Assembly: GCA_951406725.2 (NCBI GenBank)
Contig: OX597829.1
Location: 34,844,001 to 34,908,000, forward strand
Source: Octopus vulgaris
Lineage: Eukaryota
Direction of reading: 5' to 3'
DNA: 64,000 bases
Both the position numbers and the translations under genes were made by a program. Within the stretch, counting starts at the first letter, position 1. Each line of letters begins with the position of its first letter. The notes beneath the pieces are model-generated. The model searched no databases. It saw nothing but the letters and a program-made list of their open reading frames with translations, and was not told where the DNA came from. Below are positions 1 through 12,215 of the stretch, one piece after another.

Positions 1-2784
1 ATATTTAAAAAATTCTACTGTTAGCATTTACATTTTGTTCCCTAAATTCTGAAGTGAGAGGGTACAGGCAATTTCTGGTTATAATCAATCCATACATTTT
101 TTTTGAGGGGTCAGGATATTATATGTACTTGTGTGTGTGTGTGTGTTGATGTATTCTTCTTTTCTATTTAGACATCAAAAGTTAAAATCAAAACCGAAAA
201 TCAGAGATCTGATTTAAAAAAAATTTCAGTTCAGTTTTTACATGGATTGTATGTCTTCTTTTCCCCTTTAATGAATTTGTTTTGAAACAGAAAAGTAAGT
301 GTGAAACTGAAATTAAATTTGATGGTCACACTTTATACAAAATCTATTTCTTTTCCATTATCCCCCAAATTCAAATTTCTAGTCAATCTGTTACTCTATT
401 CCAAAACAAATCAGGAGTTTTTGTTATATAAGGAATATTTGGCTTTATCACTTCTAGTTTGGTTACTCAGAAGTTGCAGAATAGAACAAGAATCAAAACT
501 AGAATCAAAACTAAAATTTGATGGTTGATGCCAATTACAAGATTGTTTGTCATTCAGTCCTATTTTGATCTAATACATCCAGTCTGTAATAAGAAGGAAG
601 AGAAGTCAGAAACAAATAACCAATGTTTGACCTTTTGAGGTCAAAATAAGGGTAACTTTTGGTCTATCACTTCTGGTCTAATTTGAAAGTTCATACATAA
701 TTTATTTATTTTCATTTCCATTACAGTCTCCCCATGAATGACCACACCTTTTGTCCAAATGTGACTTGAAGTCCATACATAATTCCTATTTTCTTTTTAC
801 AACGTCTAAACCCAAAATAGCTTCCAGTTCCATTTTTGTCACAGAAAAATGTTTAAGAGTTGGGTGTCAAGAAACAAAATCCAAAGTGAAAAACACTTCA
901 AGTGAAATTTGTAAGTCACATATATTCCTGATATCATTTGCCACTATTTTTGATTTGCGATGGGATCAAACAGTGGTCAAAAGATTTGGGGTGGGGGTGG
1001 GGGAGGAGGGGGTTCCACCACAAAATCATTGTTTATTCTTTCAGGTTTAACTGTGGTTTTAATTTTTAATTTTAATTTTAATAGCAGTAAGGATGAGAAA
1101 GATGTAGATATGTAAAAAAAAAAAAATCAAAGACAGGAAAAAATTAACTCCAGTTGCAGTTGAATTCAAAAGTCACAGCTCATACATGATACAATTTTTT
1201 TTTTGTAATACTTAATTATTTTAGGTCAGTTAGAAGTTTAAAGCTCAAAGCTGATAAATTATTCATTTTTTTAAACTACATTCCCACAAAATGACAATAA
1301 CTTCCTTAATTCTGGCCAACTGTCATGCAAAATTCCTAAAAATAATTTGAGGTTGAATTCAAAGAACAAAATTATAAAAAATAAAGTGTTAACAACAGAG
1401 CAGCCTTTTTGATATAGAACCTATATACCAACAGGAAGGCATATTGCTGTACTAAACTTGCTTGAGGCACAGTCCCCATGACAAAGTTCTCCTGAGAAGT
1501 TTCAAATCTCAAGTAAATCCAAGCTGAAGCAATTCTGCCTCTTCAAATAAATTACAACATTGAATTTCTTTAGGACAACAACAATAACAAAAACAAAGGT
1601 CAAATTCAAAGATCAAAGTGCATGCATAATTTTCTTTGATGTTATATACCTCAAAAATTGTAGAGAATATCTAGTGCATCGCTTTGAGTTATAGTTCTTA
1701 CATGATTCTTTATTTCTCTTTCCAATTTACTTTCTTCCAAAATGATGGTTAATTATATGTCCATCACTCCTGTTCTATACTTGAGTTCACAGATGAGCAA
1801 ATTTTAAAAATTGTTTTTCATCAAAAATTACGGTAACTTCCAGCCAATTAAAGCTGTAATAGCTAAAATTGAAGATCAAGTTGATATGTGATTCCCATTT
1901 TTCCAGTCATATTTCCAGTCAATCCATAGTTTTCTTTTGGTCAGAATAGGTGAAATGAAGGGGAGAAAGGTAGAAGTTGATAAAAATTGAGAAGTTTTAA
2001 AATTGAAAAGTTTGAAGCAAATCAATAATCATAGGCCATAAGTAGTTACTTTTGTCACCATTCCTTAATACTAGTTACATTTAGTATCTACCATTCAATC
2101 TGCGGTTCATTTTCGGTTATGAGAGAACCTTTTTTTTTTTTTTTTATAGTATTAAAAAACAAAGATGAAATTCATACATAATTTTTCTTTTGCTCACTAA
2201 TTTACAAATCAATCAAAGCTGATTAATTACTTCTGGTTAATAGTGTTCCTATTTTTATCCATCAAAAGATAGAAATTGAAGTTAGAATGAAAAAAAAGCA
2301 AAAGCCAAAGGCAAAGGAAAAAGTTGAGGGAAAATTAGAAGTGTGAACGTAAGTTGGAAGTTAAATGAGGTTAATTAGTAGTCCCCTTTAATTACAGTGG
2401 CAGAGATTGATGCTAGTAGTCAGAAAACTAAGGTCGAAAGTTAAACAGATAATTTGGAATTAAGTTTGAAAACCAAAATGTCATGCATGGTCACATCTAG
2501 TCTAGTTTTGGTTTCACAGAAAGATGAATAATAAGGCAAGTTAAATTTAGGGTTAGTATTAAGGTTAGACTTAAGGTTAAGGGTTAAGATAGAGGTTTTT
2601 GTTAAGTTAAGTTAGAGCAGGGTTTATAGCCAGCTTAAGTTTCAGATTCATAACTGTTGTTAGAGTTAGTCATTTACATGCTAGTAGGGAAGTCAATTTC
2701 ATTTTTTACTTTGTTTTTTTTTTTTGAGTCAGTGATCAAGGTTGAGAGTTCAAATCACTGTCAATCTTGTATTAATGTGTGTTT
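1..2784 (-). other. Probable 3' UTR / downstream region of ANKRD50
   Basis: Follows the stop codon; AT-rich, with no recognisable TE copies, unlike the introns. Confidence 0.4.
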
Positions 2785-4893
2785 TTATTGTTGACGTGAA
2801 CGGCGCACCTTGTCTTCCTGTTGTCGGGAATGTCGATGGCGGTTTTGGCGGCGCTGATAGTTTACATCGTTGCTGCCTCCACTAGGGGCAATGCTAGAGC
2901 CACCACCACCACCACCAGTGTGGTCACTATTATGATGAAGGCGACGTTGATGCTGATGGTGCTGTTGTTTGTGAGGACGATGTTGCTGGACATGCTTATC
3001 ATACTTAACATTGTTAACATCAGCAGCATCAACAACTACTGTAGGACCAGCATCAGTTGTCATAGTTCTATCAGCATCAGCAGCAGCATCAACATCAACA
3101 CGAGATCGTGGAGGGAGTGGTGGTGGTGTTGGTGAAGCTGATGAAGATGCTGGTTGTTCTTGAGGTGTTGCAGGTGCCGCTTCCACCATGTAACTGCCAT
3201 GTCTTCTACCATTGCTGTTATCATTGGGGTGATACTGGTAGTCAGTATGACTGCGATGACGCTCTTTGCCCTCTTCATCATTCTCTTCATTGTAATAATC
3301 ATAATAATCATCATAATCATTGTCAGCATGTGCTTCTGCGTCATCATAGTCATAAAATTCTCCATATTCTGCATCATCATGTTCTCCACCACCTGGCAAT
3401 GGGGGTACTGCCTGGTCAGTATGACCTATCCGGCCATGCCGAGCAGCATGCATGAGCAGTGCATAGACCTCTCGATGTCCACTTTTCAGTGCAACACGCA
3501 GGGGTGTCCGACCGTAGCGGTCAGCACGTGATGGGTCAGCTCCATGCGCAAGCAAAGTGCGCACAACGCCAGCATGTCCCTCTTGTGAGGCTACACACAA
3601 AGCTGTCGCTCCCTGGCTGCAAGCACGGTCTACAGCAGCACCACGTCTCAATAGCGCGCGCGCCACACCTGCGTGGCCACGCCAAGCGGCTGATTGCAGT
3701 GGTGTGCGTTGCTCATTGTCGGCGGCGTCTAAATCTGCACCACCCACATCTGCAAGTAGGCGTACCATGTCAACATGACCTTGCCAGGCAGCCACATGTA
3801 ATGCAGTTCGTCCTTCTGGGTCAACACCTTCTACGTCAGCGCCATTGGCCAGCAAAAAGGCAGCCATGCGCACACGGTTCTCCAGTGCTAATACATACAA
3901 TGTTGAGCGGCCATCGGCATCATGGTAATTTGGATCAGCCAAACATCCAGTTCCCAGAATTGAGCCCAATGGTCCGCCACCGCCACCACCAACACTGTAG
4001 CTAATGGGTCCACCACATAACCGCTGTTTTCTCTTGATGGGAAGAGGTACAGCAACAGATGTAGTGTTGGCAACGGTGGGGATGGGAGCAGATGCTGCAA
4101 TAGCAGTGGAAGGAGTAGAGGTGACAGCAGCACTGAAAGCAGAACTAGTAGCAGCAATAAATGCAGAAGGTGTAGAGTCTGCTGCAAAATTGGCAACAGA
4201 AGAAGGTATGGCAGAAGCAGAGTTCCGATGTCGAATTCGGGTTGGAGAGCGGTGACGTGGAGGCAGTGGTGGTGGTGAGGGTGAGAAGTTACGGCAGGTA
4301 TCAGTTTCTTCATCTGCTCCTTGTACTTGTGTTGGTGGTGGTGGTGTCGAATGTGAATGCTGTGAAGGTGACTGTAATTCAGAATCTGGGTCCAGTTGCA
4401 AATGTGTCTGTGTGTGTAGTTGTGAGTGTGAGGGTGACTGTGTGGGTGAGTGTGATGGAGAGTGAAGCAACAATGTCTCTGGTGAGTGGAGTGCTCGAGA
4501 GTGAGGCTGTGGTTGAGGATTGTAGCCACGGCGCCGGCGCCTGCGAACGCCTAGCTGTGGTGGCAATGGAGGGGATGAAGAAAACGGTTCACCGTCCCCA
4601 CCTTCTCCTACACCCCCAGTTCCCCCACCAACCAAAATGAGACCACAGCCTCGTTCGGGAGGATAAGGGTGTCCAAGCAGCAAAAGGCTGGCTACAGCTT
4701 CGTGGCCTTCCAGGCAGCTGACTCGTAGTGCTGTCTTGCCATCATGTGAACGCTGATCCACACTAGCACCATGTCGTAGCAGACCCTCCACTACAGAGAG
4801 ATTTCCCTCCTGGGCTGCTAGTATGAGGGCATGGCGACCGTCATTGTCTGTCTCATTCACTTTTGCACCGTGTTCAATCAGTATGTCACAGAC
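2785..4893 (-). CDS. ANKRD50: ANKRD50-like, last coding exon (ankyrin repeats plus low-complexity tail)
   Basis: Acceptor tttgcag|GTC at 4893 continues the ankyrin repeat (HRK|[10 protein letters not shown]). Contains [15 protein letters not shown] and [14 protein letters not shown]. Stop TAA at 2787-2785. Confidence 0.88.
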   Translation of the reverse strand, partial: VCDILIEHGAKVNETDNDGRHALILAAQEGNLSVVEGLLRHGASVDQRSHDGKTALRVSCLEGHEAVASLLLLGHPYPPERGCGLILVGGGTGGVGEGGDGEPFSSSPPLPPQLGVRRRRRRGYNPQPQPHSRALHSPETLLLHSPSHSPTQSPSHSQLHTQTHLQLDPDSELQSPSQHSHSTPPPPTQVQGADEETDTCRNFSPSPPPLPPRHRSPTRIRHRNSASAIPSSVANFAADSTPSAFIAATSSAFSAAVTSTPSTAIAASAPIPTVANTTSVAVPLPIKRKQRLCGGPISYSVGGGGGGPLGSILGTGCLADPNYHDADGRSTLYVLALENRVRMAAFLLANGADVEGVDPEGRTALHVAAWQGHVDMVRLLADVGGADLDAADNEQRTPLQSAAWRGHAGVARALLRRGAAVDRACSQGATALCVASQEGHAGVVRTLLAHGADPSRADRYGRTPLRVALKSGHREVYALLMHAARHGRIGHTDQAVPPLPGGGEHDDAEYGEFYDYDDAEAHADNDYDDYYDYYNEENDEEGKERHRSHTDYQYHPNDNSNGRRHGSYMVEAAPATPQEQPASSSASPTPPPLPPRSRVDVDAAADADRTMTTDAGPTVVVDAADVNNVKYDKHVQQHRPHKQQHHQHQRRLHHNSDHTGGGGGGSSIAPSGGSNDVNYQRRQNRHRHSRQQEDKVRRSRQQ

Positions 4894-5356
4894 CTGCAAA
4901 TAGATAGAGATATAGATAAATATGTGTAGATGTATATATATGAAATACACTCACAGATACACTCACATGCACATATGTATGTATGAAGCACAGATCAAAT
5001 ATATGAAACAAAAACACTTTGAACAACCCTTCTTCCTCTTCACAAGCATACATAGACATTGGTCTAGCTTCAACCCTATTCACCACCAAGTAACATAGAA
5101 ACATTCTTTGTCATAAATCTTCAACACTCAGTCTCTAATACCTCTATAATGTTCACATTACACTCTATATTCTAACTTTATTCAGAAATATATATGCATG
5201 CTATAAAATCCATTCATTGCATTTTATCTCTTTTACCTGAAGTTCATCAACAACAAAGTCTTTTTATGATCAACTTCTGATTCCTCTACTCTGATGCCTC
5301 TATCACTCTCCAAACACTATCAGCTATTTGATCATCTCAGTTTCTGTACATCAAAC

Positions 5357-5620
5357 ATCATCATCATCGTTTAACGTCCGTTTTCCATGCTAGCATGGGT
5401 TGGACGGTTCAACTGGGGTCTGGAAAGCCAGCAGGCTGCACCAGGCTCCAGTCTGATCTGGCAGTGTTTCTACAGCTGGATGCCCTTCCTAACGCCAACC
5501 ACTCTGTGAGTGTAGTGGGTGCTTTTTACGTGCCACCGACACAGGTGCCAGGCGAGGCTGGCAATGGCCACGATCGGTTGGTGCTTTTTACGTGCCACCG
5601 GCACTGATATCACAACTACA
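5357..5620 (-). mobile_element. RTE LINE 3'-end fragment
   Basis: Reverse complement of the 3' end at 32300-32560, with (GAT)n tail. Confidence 0.85.
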
Positions 5621-5714
5621 TCTTATATAAAGCCATCATCTTAACTAACTTTTTGTATACTACTCCTCTAGGCTTTTATACTTATCCCACACTGATTCTG
5701 CAAAATATATATAT

Positions 5715-6008
5715 GTTTCAGTCATGGGACTACGGCCATGCTGGAGCACTGATTTAAGGAATTTTCGTCGAACAAATCAATCCCAGCACTTGTTTTTTAA
5801 AGGTAGGTACTTGTTCTGTTGGGAACGTAAACACACTCACACTGGTAGTCAAGCAGTGTTTAAGGATCAAACACAGACACAGAGGCACATACACACACAC
5901 ATACACACACACACACACTCACACACACACACATAACGAGTTTCAGTTTCTGTCTACCAAATAAGACTTTGGTCGACCGAGGCTATAGTGGAAAATACTT
6001 GCTCAAGT
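5715..6008 (-). mobile_element. Degraded tRNA-derived SINE
   Basis: Similar to 36409-36812 (tail tgtttcagtca..ggccatgctggagcac; gaggctatagt). Confidence 0.7.
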
Positions 6009-6536
6009 ATACTATCATTAATACTGGTAACTTTTAAAGCTTATATCATACCTCTTAGTTTATAATTAATATATAGTTTGCATATTCTATGGTCTCAATA
6101 TTCCTGTAGTTAATACCAGGTATCAGTCTTTATAGATACCACCTAAGTCCAAATCATCCCCCAACACCTAACTTATCTACACCAGTTCACAGCCATGACA
6201 GACACACTAACACTAAATATGCATAATCTTTTTTCTTACCTAGAAACCTATCCCTAACCAGCCGTCATTGACTCTGTACCTACTGGATTAAGTGATCTCC
6301 AACCAAGAAAAAATCACAATACAGTCTCCTAAATATAAAATATACTTACTATTCAATATTCAAGTACTTTAAATTAAGTAAATGGTGGGAGTTCTGACAA
6401 ATGTAAGTAACAATAGCACCACCAACAGAAACAGCAACAATGACTCAAACAATCAAATCAAAACTGACAATGGCACCACCAACACAAATAGTAGGTATTA
6501 AAATAGAAAAATGAAAAGAATGAGTCAGTCTCTCAC

Positions 6537-8375
6537 CTTTCTATGTCCTTCGTATGCAGCCATGTGTAAAGGAGTCCACCCAGCATTATCTTTATGCATT
6601 TCATCCAGTCCTCGCTCCAGTAGAAGCCCCACAACATCTGCATCACCTTGGGCAGCAGCCACGCTCAGCACAGTGCGTCCTTCCCCGTCAATGGCATCAA
6701 CTGCAGCATTCCAGTAAAGCAACTGACGAACCACACCTGCATGGCCAGCTGCTGCAGCTGCTAGCAGTGGTGTACGTCCAGCTGTGTCGGCAGCATCAAC
6801 GTCTGCATCCCATTCTAAAAGCAGCTCACATGCTTCTTCGCGACCCTCATGAGCAGCTACCAGCAAAGGAGTGGCACCATCAAGGTCTCTGTGGTCAACA
6901 AATGCACCCCGGGCAAGCAGCAATGCTACGACTGCATCATGGTTTTGATGCTGGTATTGCTGTTGCTGTTGCTCTTCTTGTGCCATGCCATTGCTGATGG
7001 CAGCAGAGGAAACGTTCTGGGGTGGGTAACTTTGATCATGTCCTTGCTGTTGGCTGAATGCACTTGCTCGTCCTTCCTTTTGTCTCTCTAGTTTGCTTAT
7101 ATCATCCACTATTTCTCCCTCTGTGCCAAGATCATTGTCATTGACAGTGGGGTATTTCTTTTTCCCCCTTGTTCCTGCCTCTAAACCACCCCTTGTACCA
7201 TCATCATTGTCTTCATCATCATCCCGAATATTTACATTCCCAAGCTGAGTATCAAATTCACACTCATCGGCATCCTGGTTGACTGTTCCAGGAGAAACGA
7301 ATGCAACAAAACCTGTGCCACAAAGTGAAGCAGCCACAGAGAGGGCAGTTCGGCCATCAGCATCTTCATGGTCTACAGATGCACCAACATCAAGGAGATG
7401 TTCTACAATGGAAGCATGTCCCATGTATGCAGCAGCAATGAGAGCAGTTCGTCCCTCGCTGTCGCAGCGGTTCACATCAGCATGATGTGCAAGGAGACAA
7501 CGGACAGCAGATTCTCGGCCACCCCATGCAGCAGCACGTAATGCTGTTCTTCCACCAGCATCACAACGGTCAACCTGGGCACCAGCAGCTAATAAAGCTT
7601 CAACAACACCAGTGTGGCCACCCCAGGCAGCAGAACGGAGAGGTGTCCAGCCATCATTATCAGCTGCATCAGTGAGCTCTGGAGCTTGAGGTGAACCCAG
7701 AAGCACTTCCACCACTGCCAGATGTCCCTGACGGGCAGCTATATTTAGTGCAGTCTGGCCGTAAACATCTGAAATGCAAGGATTGGCTCCTAGGGCAAGT
7801 AGTTCAACAGTAGCTTTAGCATCTCCACGTGCCGAGCATTCATGCAGCATGGCAGAAAGGTCTGCAGCTTCATTTTCTGCATCAGTTGTCCCTATACTTT
7901 CCATCGCTTCACCACTGCTGCGAAGTTGGCGAAGTCTCTCCAGAGTTGCATTCAGCCGATGCTCGTATATGAAATCTTCTTCAGCATCATTATTTGCAAG
8001 GGAGATGGGATCATCTTCTACTTTTGCTTCGTCTTCTATATCACAAGGTACATTGACATTGGTGGCAGTGGTGGGACTAATATTGGTGCAGGCGAGGTTG
8101 TTTTTGCTATCGCTGACACCACTGAAACCATCATCATCAACATCATCATTATCATCATTGTTGTTGTTGTTGTCACGATTACGAATGGATGATATAATCG
8201 GGGTTGCTAAGGTGGGTGATTGGGAAGTTGGTGCCACTGTGCTAGGTATTTCATCTAGGACAACACTGTGAGGAGAGCTTTCACTTTGGCTGTGAGGTGA
8301 CATGCTTACATTACTGGAGCGATGGTGCTTGTGATCATGGTTGTTGGTGGAGTTGTTTGATACAGGTTTTTCATA
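6537..8375 (-). CDS. ANKRD50: ANKRD50-like, second coding exon (ankyrin repeats)
   Basis: Acceptor ttttctttttcag|TAT at 8375; donor AAG|GTGAG after 6537; phase 0/0. Contains [26 protein letters not shown] and [13 protein letters not shown]. Confidence 0.92.
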
Positions 8376-8534
8376 CTGAAAAAGAAAAGAGAATATTGCA
8401 GGAGTGTGCACACTTATATACCATTGTTCTCTGTCTGTCTGTCTGTATGTATGTATGTATGTACATATGGAGAATCTTTGGATCTCATCTATGAACTATA
8501 TACATACACACACACACACATATATATATGCATA

Positions 8535-8603
<69 letters not shown>

Positions 8604-8636
8604 AATAAGACATATATCAGAAAAGAAGCGGTACTG

Positions 8637-9020
8637 GATATTAACAGTTATCACCAAGCTAATATGGCAGTCCAGAAATATAGGACGAATGCTGCTGCCG
8701 ATTAGCTCCAAAAGGCTATCGCCTCTAGCTAGCTATGTGACTCATGAACCTGTGTCCACTGAATTTAGGTAAATAATCCTTCAAACAGATGGTCGGTAGC
8801 GATGCTTGCTGGGTTCGGCCGCTCTGCATTGATAAGGGGTAAATACCCTGAAACTAGTCTGCAGATACCTGACCAGCAAGGGGAAGTGGCTGACCTCCCC
8901 TGTTCAAATGTTTGTGTGTCACATAGCTAGCTAGAGGTGATGGCCTCTTGGAGCTAATCAACGGCAGCATTTGTCCTATATTTCTGGACTGCCATATTAG
9001 CTTGGCAATAACTATTAATA
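8637..9020. repeat. Fold-back element, ~110-bp inverted arms, degenerate hammerhead motif in the spacer
   Basis: Arm ccaagctaatatggcagtccagaaatataggac..ctctagctagctatgtgac is mirrored at 8915-9020; (TA)n nearby on both sides. Confidence 0.8.
8824..8864 (+). ncRNA. Degenerate hammerhead ribozyme motif
   Basis: ctgca-TTGATAA-ggggtaaataccc-tGAAAC-ta-GTC-tgcag: stems I and II pair; two substitutions in the core. Confidence 0.5.
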
Positions 9021-9769
9021 TTATATATATATAATTAATTAATTATCTGTAGGGTTCATTAGAATCAAGGTATTTTAATATTAAGAACACTAAGTAAGGG
9101 ATGAGATCTTCACATCTGTGTATATACCATATATAAACATGCTTGCATATACCCATGCATATATGGACATATTCATACACTTACATATACTTGTATATGA
9201 ACACATCAATATACACAAACATATAGATATACATGTACATTAAATTATATACCCATGCATACCAACATGCTGTTTCATGATCCAATGTAAGTTCCAGATT
9301 GAACATGAAGAAGGTTCCGGGTGAAGTGTTTACACAAAGAAAGAGCATAGATGAATTAAAGATTCACTACAGCTCTTTCAGACGTATTTTTTTTATTGAT
9401 GAATAATTTGATTACATCATGAAAAAAAAAACGTTTTCTTCTGGTGAATTAAAATATAAAATTTGGTTCAGAGAAAAAATATTAAGATGTGGAATATAAA
9501 CTGACTCTCTCATTTTGGCATCAACAAAGAAAATGAAAACACATTGAGGTTTAGCCAGATTTCATAGGCCTATGGTTGATAAAGCAATCAATGGACAGTG
9601 TCACATTAAATAATTTCTTTAAATAGATGGTCAGAGATAAGAGATAAGAGGAAGACAGAGAGAAAGAAATAGGGAGGAGGAGAAAGTAAGAGAGGCTAGA
9701 TTAAGGGTTATCAGCATAGTGTAGTCAAGACACATTTCCTGATGTTGAAAGAGAAATTACTGCTAACCT

Positions 9770-10410
9770 ATAGACCATCAAACAAGAACATTTATGATAA
9801 CATGTACTTATATTCACTCATACAATTCAAAGCATCCAGAAGATTCAGCAGGGCTTTGGCAATGATGCCATGGGAAACATTCAGATAAAGGAGTTGTACA
9901 GCTGTTTCAAACATGGCTGTGCTTCATTGAAGAGTGAGGCTCATTCAGACAGGCCATCCACAAGCCCAAACGAGGATGTGATTGAGAAGGTTCAGCAAAT
10001 AGTCATGGAAGACTGTCACATAACAACCCAAGAAACTGCTCATAAAGTGAGAATAAGCACTCAGTCAGTGTGTTCCATTTCAATGGAGAATTTGTGTATG
10101 CAGAGGGTGCTGGACTGTGCAAAACCATGATCCAGACTTCATGAAGACTATCATCATTGGTGATGAGACATGGATTTATGGTCTCTGGTCAATGGGTTCA
10201 GTCATCTTGCATGTAAACAAAAATCTGATGAGCATGCACAACACATCTGTGCTCTAGGTGTAACTGTTGGGAACTGAGGTGGCCTACTGGCACAAAAATT
10301 TTCATGCATGTGTAGGAAGGGTGGCATCACCTTCCATCCAAAGGACTTTGCCTCACGGCATTAGTTTTGGCAGGTAAAAATAAAGTCAAATACTTTTTGA
10401 ATGCACCTCA
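9770..10410 (+). mobile_element. Mariner relic, internally deleted
   Basis: HTH remnant FKHGCASLKSEAHSDRPSTS, IIIGDETWIYG motif, TIR-like end ...tactttttgaatgcacctcata. Confidence 0.7.
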
Positions 10411-10419
10411 TATATATGT

Positions 10420-10636
10420 ACCCTTGTTTTGACATCATGTAATGATTGTAAATGTAAATCACCTTAATACAAGCATTGTTGTTTGCTTTCATATTTCTGT
10501 AGAAAAATATGTTTGGTCATGGTAAAAGGTGAGGGTTCGTGACAGGGAGGACATCGAGTTTTAGAAAAATTTACTTCAACAAATTCAATCTGATCCATGA
10601 AAGCATTGGAAAGTAGACATTAAATGATGATGATAA
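10420..10636 (+). mobile_element. Degraded SINE with an RTE-like 3' tail
   Basis: Ends ..ccatgaaagcattggaaagtagacattaaatgatgatgat, resembling the RTE 3' end. Confidence 0.5.
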
Positions 10637-10644
10637 TATTTTTT

Positions 10645-11732
10645 ATTCTTTTACTTGTTTCAGTCATTTGACTGGGGCCTTGATGAGGCACCACCTTGAA
10701 GGGTTTTAGCTGAATGAATTGATGTCAGTACTTATCTGGTACTTATCCTATCAGTCCCTTGCTGAACCAGTAGGTTTCAGAGACATAAACAAACCAATAT
10801 CAATTGTCAAGCAACTGTGGGGGACAAACACAAATAAAAACACACACATCGGTATGTATATATATATATATATATATATCATTGTCGTCATCATCATCGT
10901 TTAACATTTGCTTTCTATGCTGGCATAGGTTGGATGGTTTGACTGAGAACTGATAAAACAGGAGGCTGCATTAGGCTCCAATCTGATTTGGCAAAGTTTC
11001 TACAGCTAGATGATCTTCCTAATGCCAACCACTCTGAGAGTATAGTGGATGCTTTTATGTGCCACCAGTAGAGAAGCCAGTTAGGCAGCACTGGCATCGA
11101 CCATACTCAAAATGGTGCTTTTTACATCCCACTGTCACAAGTGCCAGTCAGGTGGCACTGGCATTACCCACACTCAAATGATGCGTTTTACATGTCACTG
11201 GCATAGGTGCCAGTCAGGCAGCACTGGTGTCGGTCATGCTCATATGGTACATTTTACATGCCACCAGCATGGGTGCAAGTCACTCAGTTCAACAGATCTT
11301 CACAAGCACAGCATATTGCCCAACGATTAAAGGGTGCTTTTTCAAATGGGCCAGTTATGCGACACTGGCATTGGCCATAACTACAGTCTCATTTGACATG
11401 CTGGGTCTGCTCAAGCATGGCATATCTCCAAAGGTGTTGGTCACTTGTCATTGCCTTACAATTCTACACACACACACACATACACACACACACACACACA
11501 CATATATACATATACATTTATATATACATGCACATACACATACATATATATAAATACATACACACACAAACACACATATATAATGGGTTTCTTTCAGTTT
11601 CCTTCTACTAAATCCACTCACAAGGCTGGACATTTAGTAGAAGACACTTGCCTAAGGTGCCTTGCAGTGAGGCTGAACTCAAAACCATGTGATTGGAAAG
11701 TTAACTTCTTACCACATAGCCACACCTGTGCT
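10645..11732 (-). mobile_element. tRNA-derived SINE split by an RTE 3' fragment (about 10880-11455) in its internal (TA)n
   Basis: SINE tail half at 10645-10860 and head half at 11465-11732 flank an RTE 3' UTR piece starting with (CAT)n. Confidence 0.75.
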
Positions 11733-11857
11733 TATATATATATATATATGTAGTTTTTATTTTATAATTTTAAAAAGTTTGTAAACCAAAAAATAATTAG
11801 CTTTGAAAACAATGTAAAAGTAGTTGGAATCTAATATACAATTTATAAGCAAATATT

Positions 11858-12039
11858 GATTTCAAATTTTGGCACAAGGCCAAACAATTTTGGGGTGGGT
11901 ATAAATCAATTACATCAACCCCAAAAGATGAAATGCAATGTTGACCTTGGCAAAATTTGAACTCAGAATGTGAAGACAGGTGAAATGTTACTAAGCATTT
12001 TAGTTAGTGTGCTAATGATTCTACCAGCTGATTGCCTTG
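11858..12039 (-). mobile_element. Second tRNA-derived SINE family, degraded
   Basis: Minus strand reads agctggtagaatcattagc (A box) ... gagttcaaat (B box) ... aaggtcaac. Confidence 0.55.
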
Positions 12040-12215
12040 TTATAAGCAAATATTATAAACAATTTACAACAAATTGAAAAGGACAAGAAGAAGAGAAGGA
12101 AAACAAGATGGTATTGAATATGAAATAACAACAGATCTTCAAGTTCAAAGAGAGGAATGTTACACATAAAGGGACTGCCTCATACATAAGTATGGAAATG
12201 AAAATTTTTGCTTAC

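Noticed and set aside
2545-2640. Telomere-like TTAGGG/TTAAGG run
   Set aside because: Short and highly degenerate; not a supportable interstitial telomere.
4894-4950. ORF-track starts at 4950 and 8411, and ORF tails 12180-12215 and 6525-6536
   Set aside because: Intronic read-through beyond clear splice sites.
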